From Patescibacteria group bacterium (GTDB lineage: Bacteria; Patescibacteriota; Patescibacteriia; Patescibacteriales; UBA12465), in assembly GCA_041665845.1 (NCBI GenBank), contig JBAYIC010000001.1:137531-201530 (forward strand): 64,000 nucleotides of DNA, in the 5' to 3' direction. Shown in pieces: positions 1 through 9,436 of this stretch (position 1 is the first letter of the stretch; the number at the start of each line of letters is the position of its first letter). Below the pieces are notes generated by a model. It was not told where the DNA came from and ran no database searches. It was given only the letters and a program-made list of their open reading frames with translations. The position numbers and the translations under genes were made by a program.

Positions 1-432
1 GATAGCAATATAATTTTTTATATTAAAAGTTTTTTTAAAATCATCAGGCATTGAAATGGCTACCCAGCCATCAGCGGTTACGGTTAAGCCAACTACAACC
101 GGCTCATCAAGCTTATAATATTCAGAAGGAGTTGCCTTAGTTTCCGAAACTGTTATTTCCTTAAATATTCCAACCAAAGAGGGCTTGATAGAATTAATTG
201 TTTCACTAACCTTAACATCTTGGCTCACAACAACTTTTTTAGCGTCTTGGATAATTAAATTGGAACGGTTATTACTGATGCCTGCTAAATTAACTTCATT
301 ATTAAAATAAGGAACCGAGAAATCCTTCAGAAAATAAACTCTGGTTACAATTTCTCCAGTAACTCCAGCAACTAGACCACATAACACTGATAGAATTATA
401 ACTGGCAAAAGACGATTAGGAGTTTTTGACAT
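1..432 (-). CDS. Hypothetical membrane-anchored protein, N-terminal 144 codons only. The gene runs off the left edge. It may be the N-terminus of a trypsin/HtrA-like protease.
   Basis: Not in the ORF track. By hand, the ATG at 430-432 (minus) opens a frame that stays open to base 1: MSKTPNRLLPVIILSVLCGLVAGV... with an N-terminal TM helix. The segment TINSIKPSLVGIF resembles the pre-catalytic segment of HtrA-like proteins. No catalytic motif lies inside the window. Confidence 0.55.
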   Translation of the reverse strand, partial: MSKTPNRLLPVIILSVLCGLVAGVTGEIVTRVYFLKDFSVPYFNNEVNLAGISNNRSNLIIQDAKKVVVSQDVKVSETINSIKPSLVGIFKEITVSETKATPSEYYKLDEPVVVGLTVTADGWVAISMPDDFKKTFNIKNYIAI

Positions 433-465
433 ATTTGGTATATTAAAATAGATTATTGAGTAAAA

Positions 466-1230
466 TTAAAACCATCTGGCAGTTAATAATAATATCGTGA
501 TTATCACGGAACTAAAAATAAGCGGCCAACGCATAGTATGAACCGAGAAATTATTCTTTAAGGTTAAACGTAGTGCCATTAAAATTAAATAATAAAAGAT
601 AGCGACAAAAAAACCAAGGATGTTAAAACTTAATGGTAAAAAATAAAGAACTAAAGTTAATTCGGCTAAAATAAAAATACTAGCTAGAAAGAATGGCCAT
701 TTTTCCAAAATATTTAAACGACCAAGAACAAAGGATTGAAAAAACAAAGGGGTTGTAAAAATAATAAATAAAACAAACAACGGCCAAAAGCTTAAACCCA
801 AAAACGTTGGCAAGCCATAAATAGTTGCCGCTAAGGTAAACACCGATAAAAAACCAGAAATTGTCATTAAATTATTTAATTTCTCCGCTCTTTCTAAAGC
901 GCCATAATTCAAAAAATAGTATATATTTCTGAGATAATAAAAAGTAAAACTAGCTGATAAAAATAAGATGAATTGAATCCAATAATAATCCGAGATGAGG
1001 GCGGCGTACAAAGAGACCCCTAAAAATAAAATAGCGGGGAAAAAAAAGAAAAGTGGCCAATTCTTACTCCCCTGTTCTTTCTCCATTCCTTTAATAGCAA
1101 ACGCTAATAACAAAAAACTAAAAGCAATGGAAATATAAAAAAATCTTGGCTCTAGCAGAAAAAGTTGGCTAAAAAGCCAAATTAATATTGGAACTAAGAA
1201 AATTGTTTTTCTACTCTTAAAAAAATTCAT
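466..1230 (-). CDS. Polytopic integral membrane protein, unknown function
   Basis: 254-aa ORF that is almost entirely hydrophobic helices. It is tightly packed with the upstream gene (9-nt gap). Confidence 0.75.
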   Translation of the reverse strand: MNFFKSRKTIFLVPILIWLFSQLFLLEPRFFYISIAFSFLLLAFAIKGMEKEQGSKNWPLFFFFPAILFLGVSLYAALISDYYWIQFILFLSASFTFYYLRNIYYFLNYGALERAEKLNNLMTISGFLSVFTLAATIYGLPTFLGLSFWPLFVLFIIFTTPLFFQSFVLGRLNILEKWPFFLASIFILAELTLVLYFLPLSFNILGFFVAIFYYLILMALRLTLKNNFSVHTMRWPLIFSSVIITILLLTARWF

Positions 1231-1238
1231 AATATAAT

Positions 1239-3608
1239 CTAAGGATTCATGTCCGTGGAAGTTGCACTGGTCGAGGTTGAGGTTGCTGGAGTGGAGTTTG
1301 CTGGAGTGGAGCTTGAAGTTGAACTTGCTGGAGTGGAGCTTGCTGGAGCTGAAGATGAGTCTATGGTACTAGAAGCAGGGGTTTCAACAGGAAGAGCGGC
1401 CGGGATAGTCGGCTCAACCACCGGAGTAATAATATAGTCCTCTTGACCAGGAGTCAATATCAAGGATTTTACTTCGCTTAAATCTGTGAGATTATTGATC
1501 TTTAAAAATTTATTAGAAAAAGTAAATAAGTTGCTATCAACATACAAACTTCTGCTAACAGTATTGTTATTATAACTTTGCCAAGAACTAATTGCTGAAG
1601 AATTGGCTGGCAAATGATTTATTTTTCCATTCAACTTTAAAAGATCATTCTCAATGGAAAAAACTAAAGAACCGGAAAATAAAAGCTTACCATCTTCTCG
1701 CAAAACAGCGGGAACAGAAATTAAATTCTTCCCTTCTGAGTATAAGAAAGCTCGATGATCATTTAAAGCAACGGAATCGCTATATTCATTTCCAATAATA
1801 TAACTGCTTAATTCTTTGGGTTTACTTAAATCTGTAAGATCAAATAAGGATAGTTTCAAACCTTTAATCTTCACGCCACCATCAGTTGCCTCCTCGGCAT
1901 CCCGACCAAAACCAATTATCTTAGTACCGGCCTCATTGGCGGGATGAAGATATGTAGAAAATCCGGGTATTTTTATGGCTCCTAAAATAGCTGGTTTGGT
2001 TTTGTTGGTCAAATCAATAACATAAAGAGGGTCAGTTCTTTTAAAAGTAACTATATAAACTCGATTATTCATGAACCGAGTAGAGTATATTTGCTCATCA
2101 GTCGCAATATTCTCCAAACTACCAACCAGCCGCAAATTCTCATCCAAAACATAAACATTGCTATACGATTTTGTTGAATCAGTAAAAAGTCGAGACCACA
2201 TTTCATTCCTAGTAGTTGCTAAGCGTAAACTACCCGAGTTCTCATCCATGGAAAATTGATTCAATATTTTTCCTTGGACCTCACCCTTAGCTTGATACTC
2301 TGCTTTACCCGCCTTAATAGCTATCCTATAGATTACTGTCTTTTCTAAATCTTTCATTCTTGCTTTAATCTTGTTTAGCAAAGCAGAATCGATTTCCGCT
2401 TGAATTGCTTTGCGCCCAGTATCGTCCAAAGAATAAAAATAATGATTAACAATATTTGCGACCTTCATCGCTTTTTCCTCTTTACTGAGAATAAACGATG
2501 CCACTGCTTCTATTTGTTTTATCTTATCTTGTTCCGCTTGCTCTAATTTAGAAAAAATATTTTCTTGCTTAACTTCTTGCTCGAGTTCGTATTCGCTTAT
2601 GTATTCTGTATTAGCGATATAGATATTATTGGTTGAAACATAAATATTTTCTCCGGAATTGATAAGATAAACCTGCCCCCCGACTAATTCACTTGGGTCG
2701 CTGATATTAATAGAATTTACCGAGGTAAAATTATAATTATCATAAGGCGCATCAAAGTAAAATACTTCTGGAGAAAAACATTTACCTGTTCCTAAACCAC
2801 AGCCACCGCTAATTATTTTATCATTTTCTAGAATTCTAGGCGTAAGCGGTTCACCCTCGCTATAATAAGCGTAATTATTGGTAATAAAATAAACATAATT
2901 ACCAATTAGTCTAGCTGATACATAGTTTCCTTCAAAATCTAAACTGCGAGTCTCTTTTGGCTCGGCCGGATTAGATATATCAAACACCTTGAAAAAAATA
3001 TAACCATTACGACGCTTGAAGGAATCAGTAATAGACTTTTCATAAATTCGATAATCATTTCCAAAGACTACCAATTTATCATCAGAAACAAAAATATCAC
3101 TTGGAGTAGACTTAAAAGTTATTCTACTTATTTCCTTGGTCTGGTCAGCCGGAGTAACATTAATAATTAATAACTCATTCTTTACTACAGCATAAATATA
3201 TTTTCCATCAGTTTTAATAATATCCGCCTCATCAACACCAAAAACTTGATTATTGGTAGTTGAATAATCTGAACCGGAACCAACTGCACTGGCCGACGCT
3301 GAGTCCATCGATAAACTCGATAAATTTTTTGTCATTGAACTAAAAACTTCTCTATTTACGGTCATTCCTCTTTCCGAGGTATTGCTTTGTAAAAAATTCT
3401 TTAATTCTTCATCATTTTTAAATTTTTTTATCTCATTGGTTTTTACTGATTCATTTTCCGTAGGCACTGTTGATTTTTCTGATTGATTAACAGTTTCCGC
3501 ATTCCTAGATTTTTCCCAAGGGAAAGTACAACCGCTTAGAATAAGGGTTGATAAAATAAAAAGAAAACTGAGCTTAAATACTTTTTTAAACATATAATTA
3601 TAATTCAA
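1239..3608 (-). CDS. Secreted beta-propeller domain lipoprotein (Beta_propel-type) with a Ser/Thr/Pro-rich C-terminal tail
   Basis: The signal peptide carries the lipobox LILSGC. The motif YSTTNNQVFGVDEADIIKTDGKYIYAV is characteristic of the bacterial/archaeal beta-propeller family. The C-terminus is APASSTPASSTSSSTPANSTPATSTSTSATST. Confidence 0.8.
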   Translation of the reverse strand: MNYNYMFKKVFKLSFLFILSTLILSGCTFPWEKSRNAETVNQSEKSTVPTENESVKTNEIKKFKNDEELKNFLQSNTSERGMTVNREVFSSMTKNLSSLSMDSASASAVGSGSDYSTTNNQVFGVDEADIIKTDGKYIYAVVKNELLIINVTPADQTKEISRITFKSTPSDIFVSDDKLVVFGNDYRIYEKSITDSFKRRNGYIFFKVFDISNPAEPKETRSLDFEGNYVSARLIGNYVYFITNNYAYYSEGEPLTPRILENDKIISGGCGLGTGKCFSPEVFYFDAPYDNYNFTSVNSINISDPSELVGGQVYLINSGENIYVSTNNIYIANTEYISEYELEQEVKQENIFSKLEQAEQDKIKQIEAVASFILSKEEKAMKVANIVNHYFYSLDDTGRKAIQAEIDSALLNKIKARMKDLEKTVIYRIAIKAGKAEYQAKGEVQGKILNQFSMDENSGSLRLATTRNEMWSRLFTDSTKSYSNVYVLDENLRLVGSLENIATDEQIYSTRFMNNRVYIVTFKRTDPLYVIDLTNKTKPAILGAIKIPGFSTYLHPANEAGTKIIGFGRDAEEATDGGVKIKGLKLSLFDLTDLSKPKELSSYIIGNEYSDSVALNDHRAFLYSEGKNLISVPAVLREDGKLLFSGSLVFSIENDLLKLNGKINHLPANSSAISSWQSYNNNTVSRSLYVDSNLFTFSNKFLKINNLTDLSEVKSLILTPGQEDYIITPVVEPTIPAALPVETPASSTIDSSSAPASSTPASSTSSSTPANSTPATSTSTSATSTDMNP
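1262..1365. repeat. Short tandem-like nucleotide repeat (TTGCTGGAGTGGAG seen 3 times plus variants) encoding the S/T/P-rich tail
   Basis: Direct reading of 1283-1345 shows repeated gctggagtggag(c/t)tt units. This is the antisense of the low-complexity coding tail. Confidence 0.7.
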
Positions 3609-3647
3609 TTCAATTATATCATATTTATTACTTTAATTCACGGTTGT

Positions 3648-4367
3648 TTATTTCACAATTAAAACTTGCGTTCCCGCGTTAATTCTATCAAAAACGTATT
3701 GGGCGGAACCAATTCCTAATCTTATGCACCCATGAGAAACTGGTTTTCCTAAATGATCCTCCCCCTCGCGATAACCATTGGGCCAAACCGGAAGTTCATG
3801 AATACCAATCCCGCCTCTATCGAGCCCAAGCCAAAAAGGCATCCATAAGCCATAAGTTTTAGACCAAGCCTTCTTATTCTTATTAGCAACTTTAAAATTT
3901 CCCGTTGGCGTCGGCGTACTTTTTTTCCCAGTGGAGACAACGAATTCCTTCCATTTTTGATCACCAACATAATAAAATAATTTTTGACTGCTAAGTATTA
4001 TCTCTATTTTTTGAACAAGTTTAACAGTCGAACTTGATAAAGGATTAAACCCTCTATCTATTTCTTCAAAATCAGAATATCCATCCTGATCGGTATCGGC
4101 TACGAAAGAATCGGTTTTAAATTTAAGTTCAAAATAATCACTTAAACCATCCTTGTCCATATCACTTTTTTCTATTTTTATTGGTTCAGGATTAAAAGGT
4201 GAATACCCTTTCTCAATTTCTAAAACATCGCTATAACCATCATTATCCGAATCTAAAGACCTAACTTCAACGGTAGGCATTTCTTGGGCAGAGACTAACA
4301 GTGGAGAAAAACACAGCAAAAAAGCTAATATCAACAAGCCAAAGGATACAATATTTTTTTTAATCAT
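3648..4367 (-). CDS. L,D-transpeptidase (YkuD domain) with N-terminal Asp-rich calcium-binding-type repeats
   Basis: Signal peptide present. Three D-x-D-x-D-G-x-S-D repeats (DSDNDGYSD, DMDKDGLSD, DTDQDGYSD). The C-terminal catalytic motif is SHGCIRL. Confidence 0.88.
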   Translation of the reverse strand: MIKKNIVSFGLLILAFLLCFSPLLVSAQEMPTVEVRSLDSDNDGYSDVLEIEKGYSPFNPEPIKIEKSDMDKDGLSDYFELKFKTDSFVADTDQDGYSDFEEIDRGFNPLSSSTVKLVQKIEIILSSQKLFYYVGDQKWKEFVVSTGKKSTPTPTGNFKVANKNKKAWSKTYGLWMPFWLGLDRGGIGIHELPVWPNGYREGEDHLGKPVSHGCIRLGIGSAQYVFDRINAGTQVLIVK

Positions 4368-4377
4368 TATAATAATA

Positions 4378-5943
4378 TTAATTGCGAATTGAATATTTAC
4401 AACCGCAGAATTTTTGACGATAGATTCCTAGTTCCTTAGCTAATTCTTGAGATTTTCTATAACCATCATTAGCTTGAAAATCTTCTTCTATAAATTTAAC
4501 TCCAAAACTTAAAGACAAATCAGTCGACATCTTGATGATTGCCTCTTTGTCTTTATAGGGGCTAGTTAAAAGGGTTGTCCCAAAAAAATTAAAATCTTTT
4601 TCTTTAGCTAGTTTTACTGTTTCACGCAAACGATCTAAATAACAAATTTGGCAACGAGCACCTCTTTCTGGATCAGTTTCTCGCCCTTTAATTTTTTGAG
4701 ACCAACGCTTATTATCATAAGGAACAACGATGAGTTGAATACTAAATTTTTCCGCCATTAATTTAACCGCTTCTAAGCGCTTATCGTATTCTTCCTGAGA
4801 AACAAGATTGGGATTATAAAAAAACCAAGTTAAACGATAACGAGGAAGCAACAAATCACGACTAACATAAGTTCCACACGGCGCACAACAAATATGTAAC
4901 AACAGAGAGGGTTTTTTTAATTCTTGACGCCGATCTAATAACCTGAAAGAAATAATAATAATTAACATCAAGAATAATAAAACAATCAAAACTAAAACCT
5001 TTCCGCGACTTTGTAAAAATAAACCACTCAAACCAAAGACTAAAGAAAATAAATAAAAAATCAAAACGGTTTTTTTCTGTCCGAAACCTAAATTAAGTAA
5101 ACGATGATGGAGATGCTTATTATCGGAGAATTTGAAAGGGTTTTTGCCTTGTGATAAGCGCCTAATTATGGTCCAAGCAACATCGAGAATCGGTATGCCC
5201 ATAATAAGTAAGGCAATCGCAATTTTACCCCCAGAAATTATGGCTAAGACGCCAAGAGCAAAACCAAAAAATAATGAACCGCCTTCTCCTAAAAATATTT
5301 TTGCCGGATGAAAATTAAAAATTAAAAAACCTAGTGCTGCCCCGGCTAAAATTAAAGCTCCCAAAGCGATATCGGGCTGATAATATTTCGTAGTAAGCGT
5401 AAATAAAAAAATAACTAAAGCGCCGATTGCTCCAACACCACTCACCAATCCGTCAACCCCATCTAAAAGCTTAGTGGTATACATCATGCCTAATAACCAA
5501 ACGGCAATAAGTATCGGACTAATTAAAAGCCAGTCTTTAAGATAAATAAAACCACCCAAGGGATTGGTAATTTTATCAATTTCTACGCCACCAATAATAA
5601 CCGCAATAATTGCCAACAACGGAAAAATAATTTGCTTAGTGGGGGCTAGATTATATTTATCATCTAAGGCGCCACCAATAATAATTATCAGTGCACCGAT
5701 AAAAAAACCTAAGAGATGTCGCCATTCTAAATCACCGGCTAAAAAACGCTCAGAGAAAAAAAATAAAACTGCGAAAAAAGATATAAAAATAGCGATGCCA
5801 CCTAAAAGCGGTATTGCCTGATTATGAATTTTTCTCTCCCCTGGCTTATCAACAATATTAAAATAAACAGCGATTTTTTTAATGCCAATAGTTAAAATGA
5901 CTGATAATAAAAAACTGGCTAAAAATGGGTAAATATAGGACAT
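4378..5943 (-). CDS. Fusion protein. The N-terminal part is a polytopic MraY/WecA-family (GT4) polyprenyl-phosphate sugar-1-phosphate transferase. The C-terminal part is an epoxyqueuosine reductase QueH (DUF208) domain.
   Basis: The N-terminal ~340 aa has about 10 TM helices with LDGVDGL and DDKYN motifs. The C-terminal ~175 aa reads LLLHICCAPCGTY...FFYNPN...RCQICY...TTLLTSPYKD...YRQKFCGCKYS, which is colinear with QueH. Confidence 0.85.
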   Translation of the reverse strand: MSYIYPFLASFLLSVILTIGIKKIAVYFNIVDKPGERKIHNQAIPLLGGIAIFISFFAVLFFFSERFLAGDLEWRHLLGFFIGALIIIIGGALDDKYNLAPTKQIIFPLLAIIAVIIGGVEIDKITNPLGGFIYLKDWLLISPILIAVWLLGMMYTTKLLDGVDGLVSGVGAIGALVIFLFTLTTKYYQPDIALGALILAGAALGFLIFNFHPAKIFLGEGGSLFFGFALGVLAIISGGKIAIALLIMGIPILDVAWTIIRRLSQGKNPFKFSDNKHLHHRLLNLGFGQKKTVLIFYLFSLVFGLSGLFLQSRGKVLVLIVLLFLMLIIIISFRLLDRRQELKKPSLLLHICCAPCGTYVSRDLLLPRYRLTWFFYNPNLVSQEEYDKRLEAVKLMAEKFSIQLIVVPYDNKRWSQKIKGRETDPERGARCQICYLDRLRETVKLAKEKDFNFFGTTLLTSPYKDKEAIIKMSTDLSLSFGVKFIEEDFQANDGYRKSQELAKELGIYRQKFCGCKYSIRN

Positions 5944-6051
5944 AAATTGATTACTGCGTACTTATTGACGACAAAGAAATAAAGTGATATTTTATCTAAA
6001 TATAAATCGCACCTTTTATTATTAACCTAAAAAAAACAGGAGGAACAACTC

Positions 6052-6264
6052 ATGGGTTCTACAGCAGATGAAATTAAAAGAGTGATAATATGCATTAATA
6101 TCACCCTAAAGGCCGTAAAAGACAAGCTTACGGCAGAAGGAAATAATGCAACTCCGAGCCAATATAAAATATTGGTCTGGGAAAAAGAAATACGGCACCT
6201 TAGACGTGCTCTGGAAAAAAAGAACAAAGAATTAAAACAAAAAAGAACAAGAGTAATGGCCTAA
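6052..6264 (+). CDS. Small hypothetical protein (70 aa) with a basic coiled-coil-like C-terminus
   Basis: AGGAGG ribosome-binding site sits 10 nt upstream of the ATG. A terminator hairpin follows. Confidence 0.55.
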   Translation: MGSTADEIKRVIICINITLKAVKDKLTAEGNNATPSQYKILVWEKEIRHLRRALEKKNKELKQKRTRVMA

Positions 6265-6285
6265 CCCACAAAAGGTTCGACTCTC

Positions 6286-6320
6286 AAAACGCGTTCGGGT
6301 AACTGGCGCGTTTTTTTATT
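6286..6320. terminator. Bidirectional intrinsic terminator between convergent genes
   Basis: AAAACGCG (6286-6293) pairs with CGCGTTTT (6307-6314). A T-run follows. Confidence 0.6.
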
Positions 6321-9010
6321 TAAAGTGCTTCGGCTTTTTCAATCAATACTTCCGCCTTGTTGTTAATTATCACTTGATCGCGACGTTTTAATTCACCGGC
6401 TAAAAGTTTATTAGCGATCATATCTTCAACTTTATCTTGCAATAATCTCCTTAAAGGTCGGGCGCCGAATTTCGGGTCATATCCGGCCTTGGCTAAAATC
6501 ATGACGCCATCTCTATCAGCTTTAAGGCCAATTCCTTTTTCGGCTAACACCTTCTTAATTTTCTTCAACATTAAGGTTGTAATGGTAAAAATATTTTCTT
6601 CATCAAGCGGTTTAAAAACAATAATTCCATCAAAACGATTAATAAGCTCCGGACGCATATGCTCACGTAGCTGATTATCGATTAACTCTTGTTTAATAAT
6701 ATTTAAATTAGTTTTTGCCTTGATTTGATCCTGAATAAATATCGCGCCGATATTAGAAGTTGCGATAATAATCGATTCGGCAAAACTAATTGTTCTTCCC
6801 TGCCCATCCGTTAAACGCCCATCGTCTAAAAGCTGTAAGAAAAGATTCAAAATATCAGGGTTAGCTTTCTCTATTTCATCAAGTAGAACTAAAGCAAACG
6901 GTTTTTTTCTAACCGCCTCAGTTAAATAACCAAGCGTTCCATCCACATCACCGATCATTTTTCTAATACTATCTGCTTGCTGATATTCACTCATATCCAA
7001 GCGAATGAGATAATCTTCACTTCCAAAGTATATTTGCGAAACTGCTTTAGCGAGTTCAGTTTTACCAACACCAGTCGGTCCGAGAAATAAAAAACTAGCA
7101 ATTGGACGATGACTATCTTTCATGGCCGCTCGCGCTCGACGTAAACTAGCCGATACTGCTTTAACGGCCTCATCTTGCCCAACTAATCTTTCATGTATCT
7201 CATGTTCTAAATTAAGCAGTTTTTGCCCTTCATCAACGCCAACTTTGCTAGTCGGAATACCGGTTAGTTCAGCAATCGCTAAAGCGACATCTTCTTTTGA
7301 ACAAAATAATCTTTCGGGATTATTTTTACTCGCAGCTACAGCAATTGTAACTGCTTTTTCTAGTAAATTAATCGCTTTAAGTGGTAACGCCTTATCATGC
7401 AAATATCGCATCGACATCTTTACTGCCTGTTCAATAGCACTGTAAACAATGTAGATATCATACTTAGATTCCAAAAAACCAACCCTGCTCTCTAATATTT
7501 GAATTGCTTCATTAACATCCGGCTCTTTAATGCCAATAGTCGTCATCGCCTCGCCCAAGGCTTTATTTTCAATATAATGAGTATAATTTTCCGTCGTCGC
7601 TGAAGCTAAACAAAAAATTCCTTTACGACCTATTGTTTCAGCTAAAACTTCCGATAAATCCAAACTTTCTTTACTACCAGCGCTAACCCCAATTAAATTT
7701 TCAATATTATCAATGTATAAAATTATATTACCGGAACGTCGAGCTTCATTCATACAACCTAAAAGTCTTTCTTCAGCCGCGGAGGGATCGGCGCCACTTA
7801 TTAGTTTAGAAACGTCTAATTCAACTAATCTTTTATCTTTCAAAAAGGCCGGGACATCTTCTTCGACCATCATCTGAGCTAGTCCTCCAATAATAGTACT
7901 TTTTCCGACTCCATTTGGCGAAACCAATAAAACGCCATTATGGCCACCGGCAAAAGCCTCAAAAATTGAAGTAATTTCCTTAGTTCTTCCGACACAAAGA
8001 TCAAGCTCACCATTTTTAGCTTTTAACGTTAAATCGCGAGAAAAATGATCTAAAGAAGGGGTCGCGATTGCCGTATAAGAACGATTCATCCCCGAATTCG
8101 GCTTAAACAAGGCTGAGCGTTTATATTCATAATAACGATCCATTAATTTTTTATTTACTCGAAACCACTCAACCGCATTTATCATCTTATCTTCATCAAC
8201 TTCTAGCTCATACATTATTTCTGCTAGATTTTTATCTTGACCATAACAAAAAATAATAACGTTCAACAAATCAACCCCGTTTTGTTTTAAATTATAAGCA
8301 TTAATAAACGCCGAAATGAGCGCTTCTTGCAAATTTTCAGAAATATTTTCTTCAGCATCAGCCTTTTTGCTAGCTGATTTTACTAATTGCCTATCGACCA
8401 TTTCAATCATCCGTTTAGCATCAACATTAAGGCGTATAAAAAGACTTTGAACTTCTTTAGTTTTTAAAGCCGCTCGAAAAAAATGGATAATTTCAACCTG
8501 GTTGCAACCCAGTTTATTAGCTAAAAGAAAAGCGTCTTCTAAAACTCTAGTTGTTTCTTCAGAAAAAGCTTGAGCCGTATTATAACGCCGTCCCGAATCA
8601 TTCTTAAACTTCTTATCTGTTTTAAAAAGCTTATAATTTATTTTTTTAATTGCAGCTGCGGCCGCCCTAGTTTTATAAACAAGAAACAAGTCAAACCATA
8701 AAGAAAGAAGAAAAAAAGCAATCAAAATATCTGGTTTAACCCAAGAAAAAAGAATATTAAGTGGGTCAGCTTGTAATTCCGTTCGATTTATAAAAATCCA
8801 AACAGCAAAGACTGCCCAACCAGCAAAAATGATTAACCAAGAAAAAAAACTTAAAATTTTGTTTATTTGCAATCTGGATCGTTCAAGAGCAATTAAAGAT
8901 TTTTTAATAGTTTTATTCCAATATAAAAAGCGTCCCAAAAACCAAGCTCCTTGCCCCTTGCCGCCGCTATCTGGTATAAATTCGATTTTATCATCTTGCT
9001 GCTTACTCAT
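6320..9010 (-). CDS. Membrane-anchored Clp/Hsp100-family double AAA+ ATPase, ClpA/C-like architecture without an M-domain, with a degenerate NBD1
   Basis: N-terminal TM helices are followed by two Clp_N-like repeats. NBD1 has Walker A SPNGVGKST and Walker B ILYIDNIE (Asn where the catalytic Glu is expected). NBD2 is canonical ([27 protein letters not shown]). The start was chosen at MSKQQ (9010), which abuts the upstream stop at 9012. The track start is 9040. Confidence 0.85.
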   Translation of the reverse strand: MSKQQDDKIEFIPDSGGKGQGAWFLGRFLYWNKTIKKSLIALERSRLQINKILSFFSWLIIFAGWAVFAVWIFINRTELQADPLNILFSWVKPDILIAFFLLSLWFDLFLVYKTRAAAAAIKKINYKLFKTDKKFKNDSGRRYNTAQAFSEETTRVLEDAFLLANKLGCNQVEIIHFFRAALKTKEVQSLFIRLNVDAKRMIEMVDRQLVKSASKKADAEENISENLQEALISAFINAYNLKQNGVDLLNVIIFCYGQDKNLAEIMYELEVDEDKMINAVEWFRVNKKLMDRYYEYKRSALFKPNSGMNRSYTAIATPSLDHFSRDLTLKAKNGELDLCVGRTKEITSIFEAFAGGHNGVLLVSPNGVGKSTIIGGLAQMMVEEDVPAFLKDKRLVELDVSKLISGADPSAAEERLLGCMNEARRSGNIILYIDNIENLIGVSAGSKESLDLSEVLAETIGRKGIFCLASATTENYTHYIENKALGEAMTTIGIKEPDVNEAIQILESRVGFLESKYDIYIVYSAIEQAVKMSMRYLHDKALPLKAINLLEKAVTIAVAASKNNPERLFCSKEDVALAIAELTGIPTSKVGVDEGQKLLNLEHEIHERLVGQDEAVKAVSASLRRARAAMKDSHRPIASFLFLGPTGVGKTELAKAVSQIYFGSEDYLIRLDMSEYQQADSIRKMIGDVDGTLGYLTEAVRKKPFALVLLDEIEKANPDILNLFLQLLDDGRLTDGQGRTISFAESIIIATSNIGAIFIQDQIKAKTNLNIIKQELIDNQLREHMRPELINRFDGIIVFKPLDEENIFTITTLMLKKIKKVLAEKGIGLKADRDGVMILAKAGYDPKFGARPLRRLLQDKVEDMIANKLLAGELKRRDQVIINNKAEVLIEKAEAL

Positions 9011-9011
9011 A

Positions 9012-9380
9012 TTAATAACTAATCTGATAAAATAAGGCAATTATTAAAAATAAAGGTAGGGCTAACCATAATCCCGCCCCAGCAATAAGTACTAATAACC
9101 ATAATATTAAAACTAAACCTCTAAAAATAATTTGAAGAAAACGAATAAAAAAACTAATTACTCGACCAGCCAAATCATATTGGCCGTACATTGGAACAAA
9201 AATATTCTTCAGCCAAATATTAAATCCTAAACTTTTTTCTTGATTACGCAAAAAATTGAGCTCCTTTTTTAAGGTCTCAATAAAACCAACACTATACCAC
9301 CAAAGAGGAAAATAAATAATTTCTCCCAAAGTCTTAAGGATTATTTTTCCGCCGTAAGTCAAAAAATTATGTCTAAACAT
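9012..9380 (-). CDS. Small integral membrane protein, unknown function, first gene of a two-gene operon with the membrane Clp ATPase
   Basis: The ORF has 3-4 TM helices. The start was chosen at MFRHNF (9380), because the longer track ORF to 9443 would run through the clpB promoter. The stop is 1 nt from the next gene's start. Confidence 0.6.
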   Translation of the reverse strand: MFRHNFLTYGGKIILKTLGEIIYFPLWWYSVGFIETLKKELNFLRNQEKSLGFNIWLKNIFVPMYGQYDLAGRVISFFIRFLQIIFRGLVLILWLLVLIAGAGLWLALPLFLIIALFYQISY

Positions 9381-9436
9381 AGATAATTTTATCAATTTTA
9401 TTTTAACATAAAAATATCGACCTGACCAATTTAAGA

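Noticed and set aside
1249-1437. 62-aa ORF (VEVAGVEFAGVELEV...) antisense to the beta-propeller gene tail
   Set aside because: It is a mirror image of the repeat-encoded S/T/P tract on the other strand, with no independent signals.
3749-3970. 73-aa same-strand ORF nested in the L,D-transpeptidase gene
   Set aside because: It is an alternative frame inside a gene whose own frame carries the YkuD catalytic motif.
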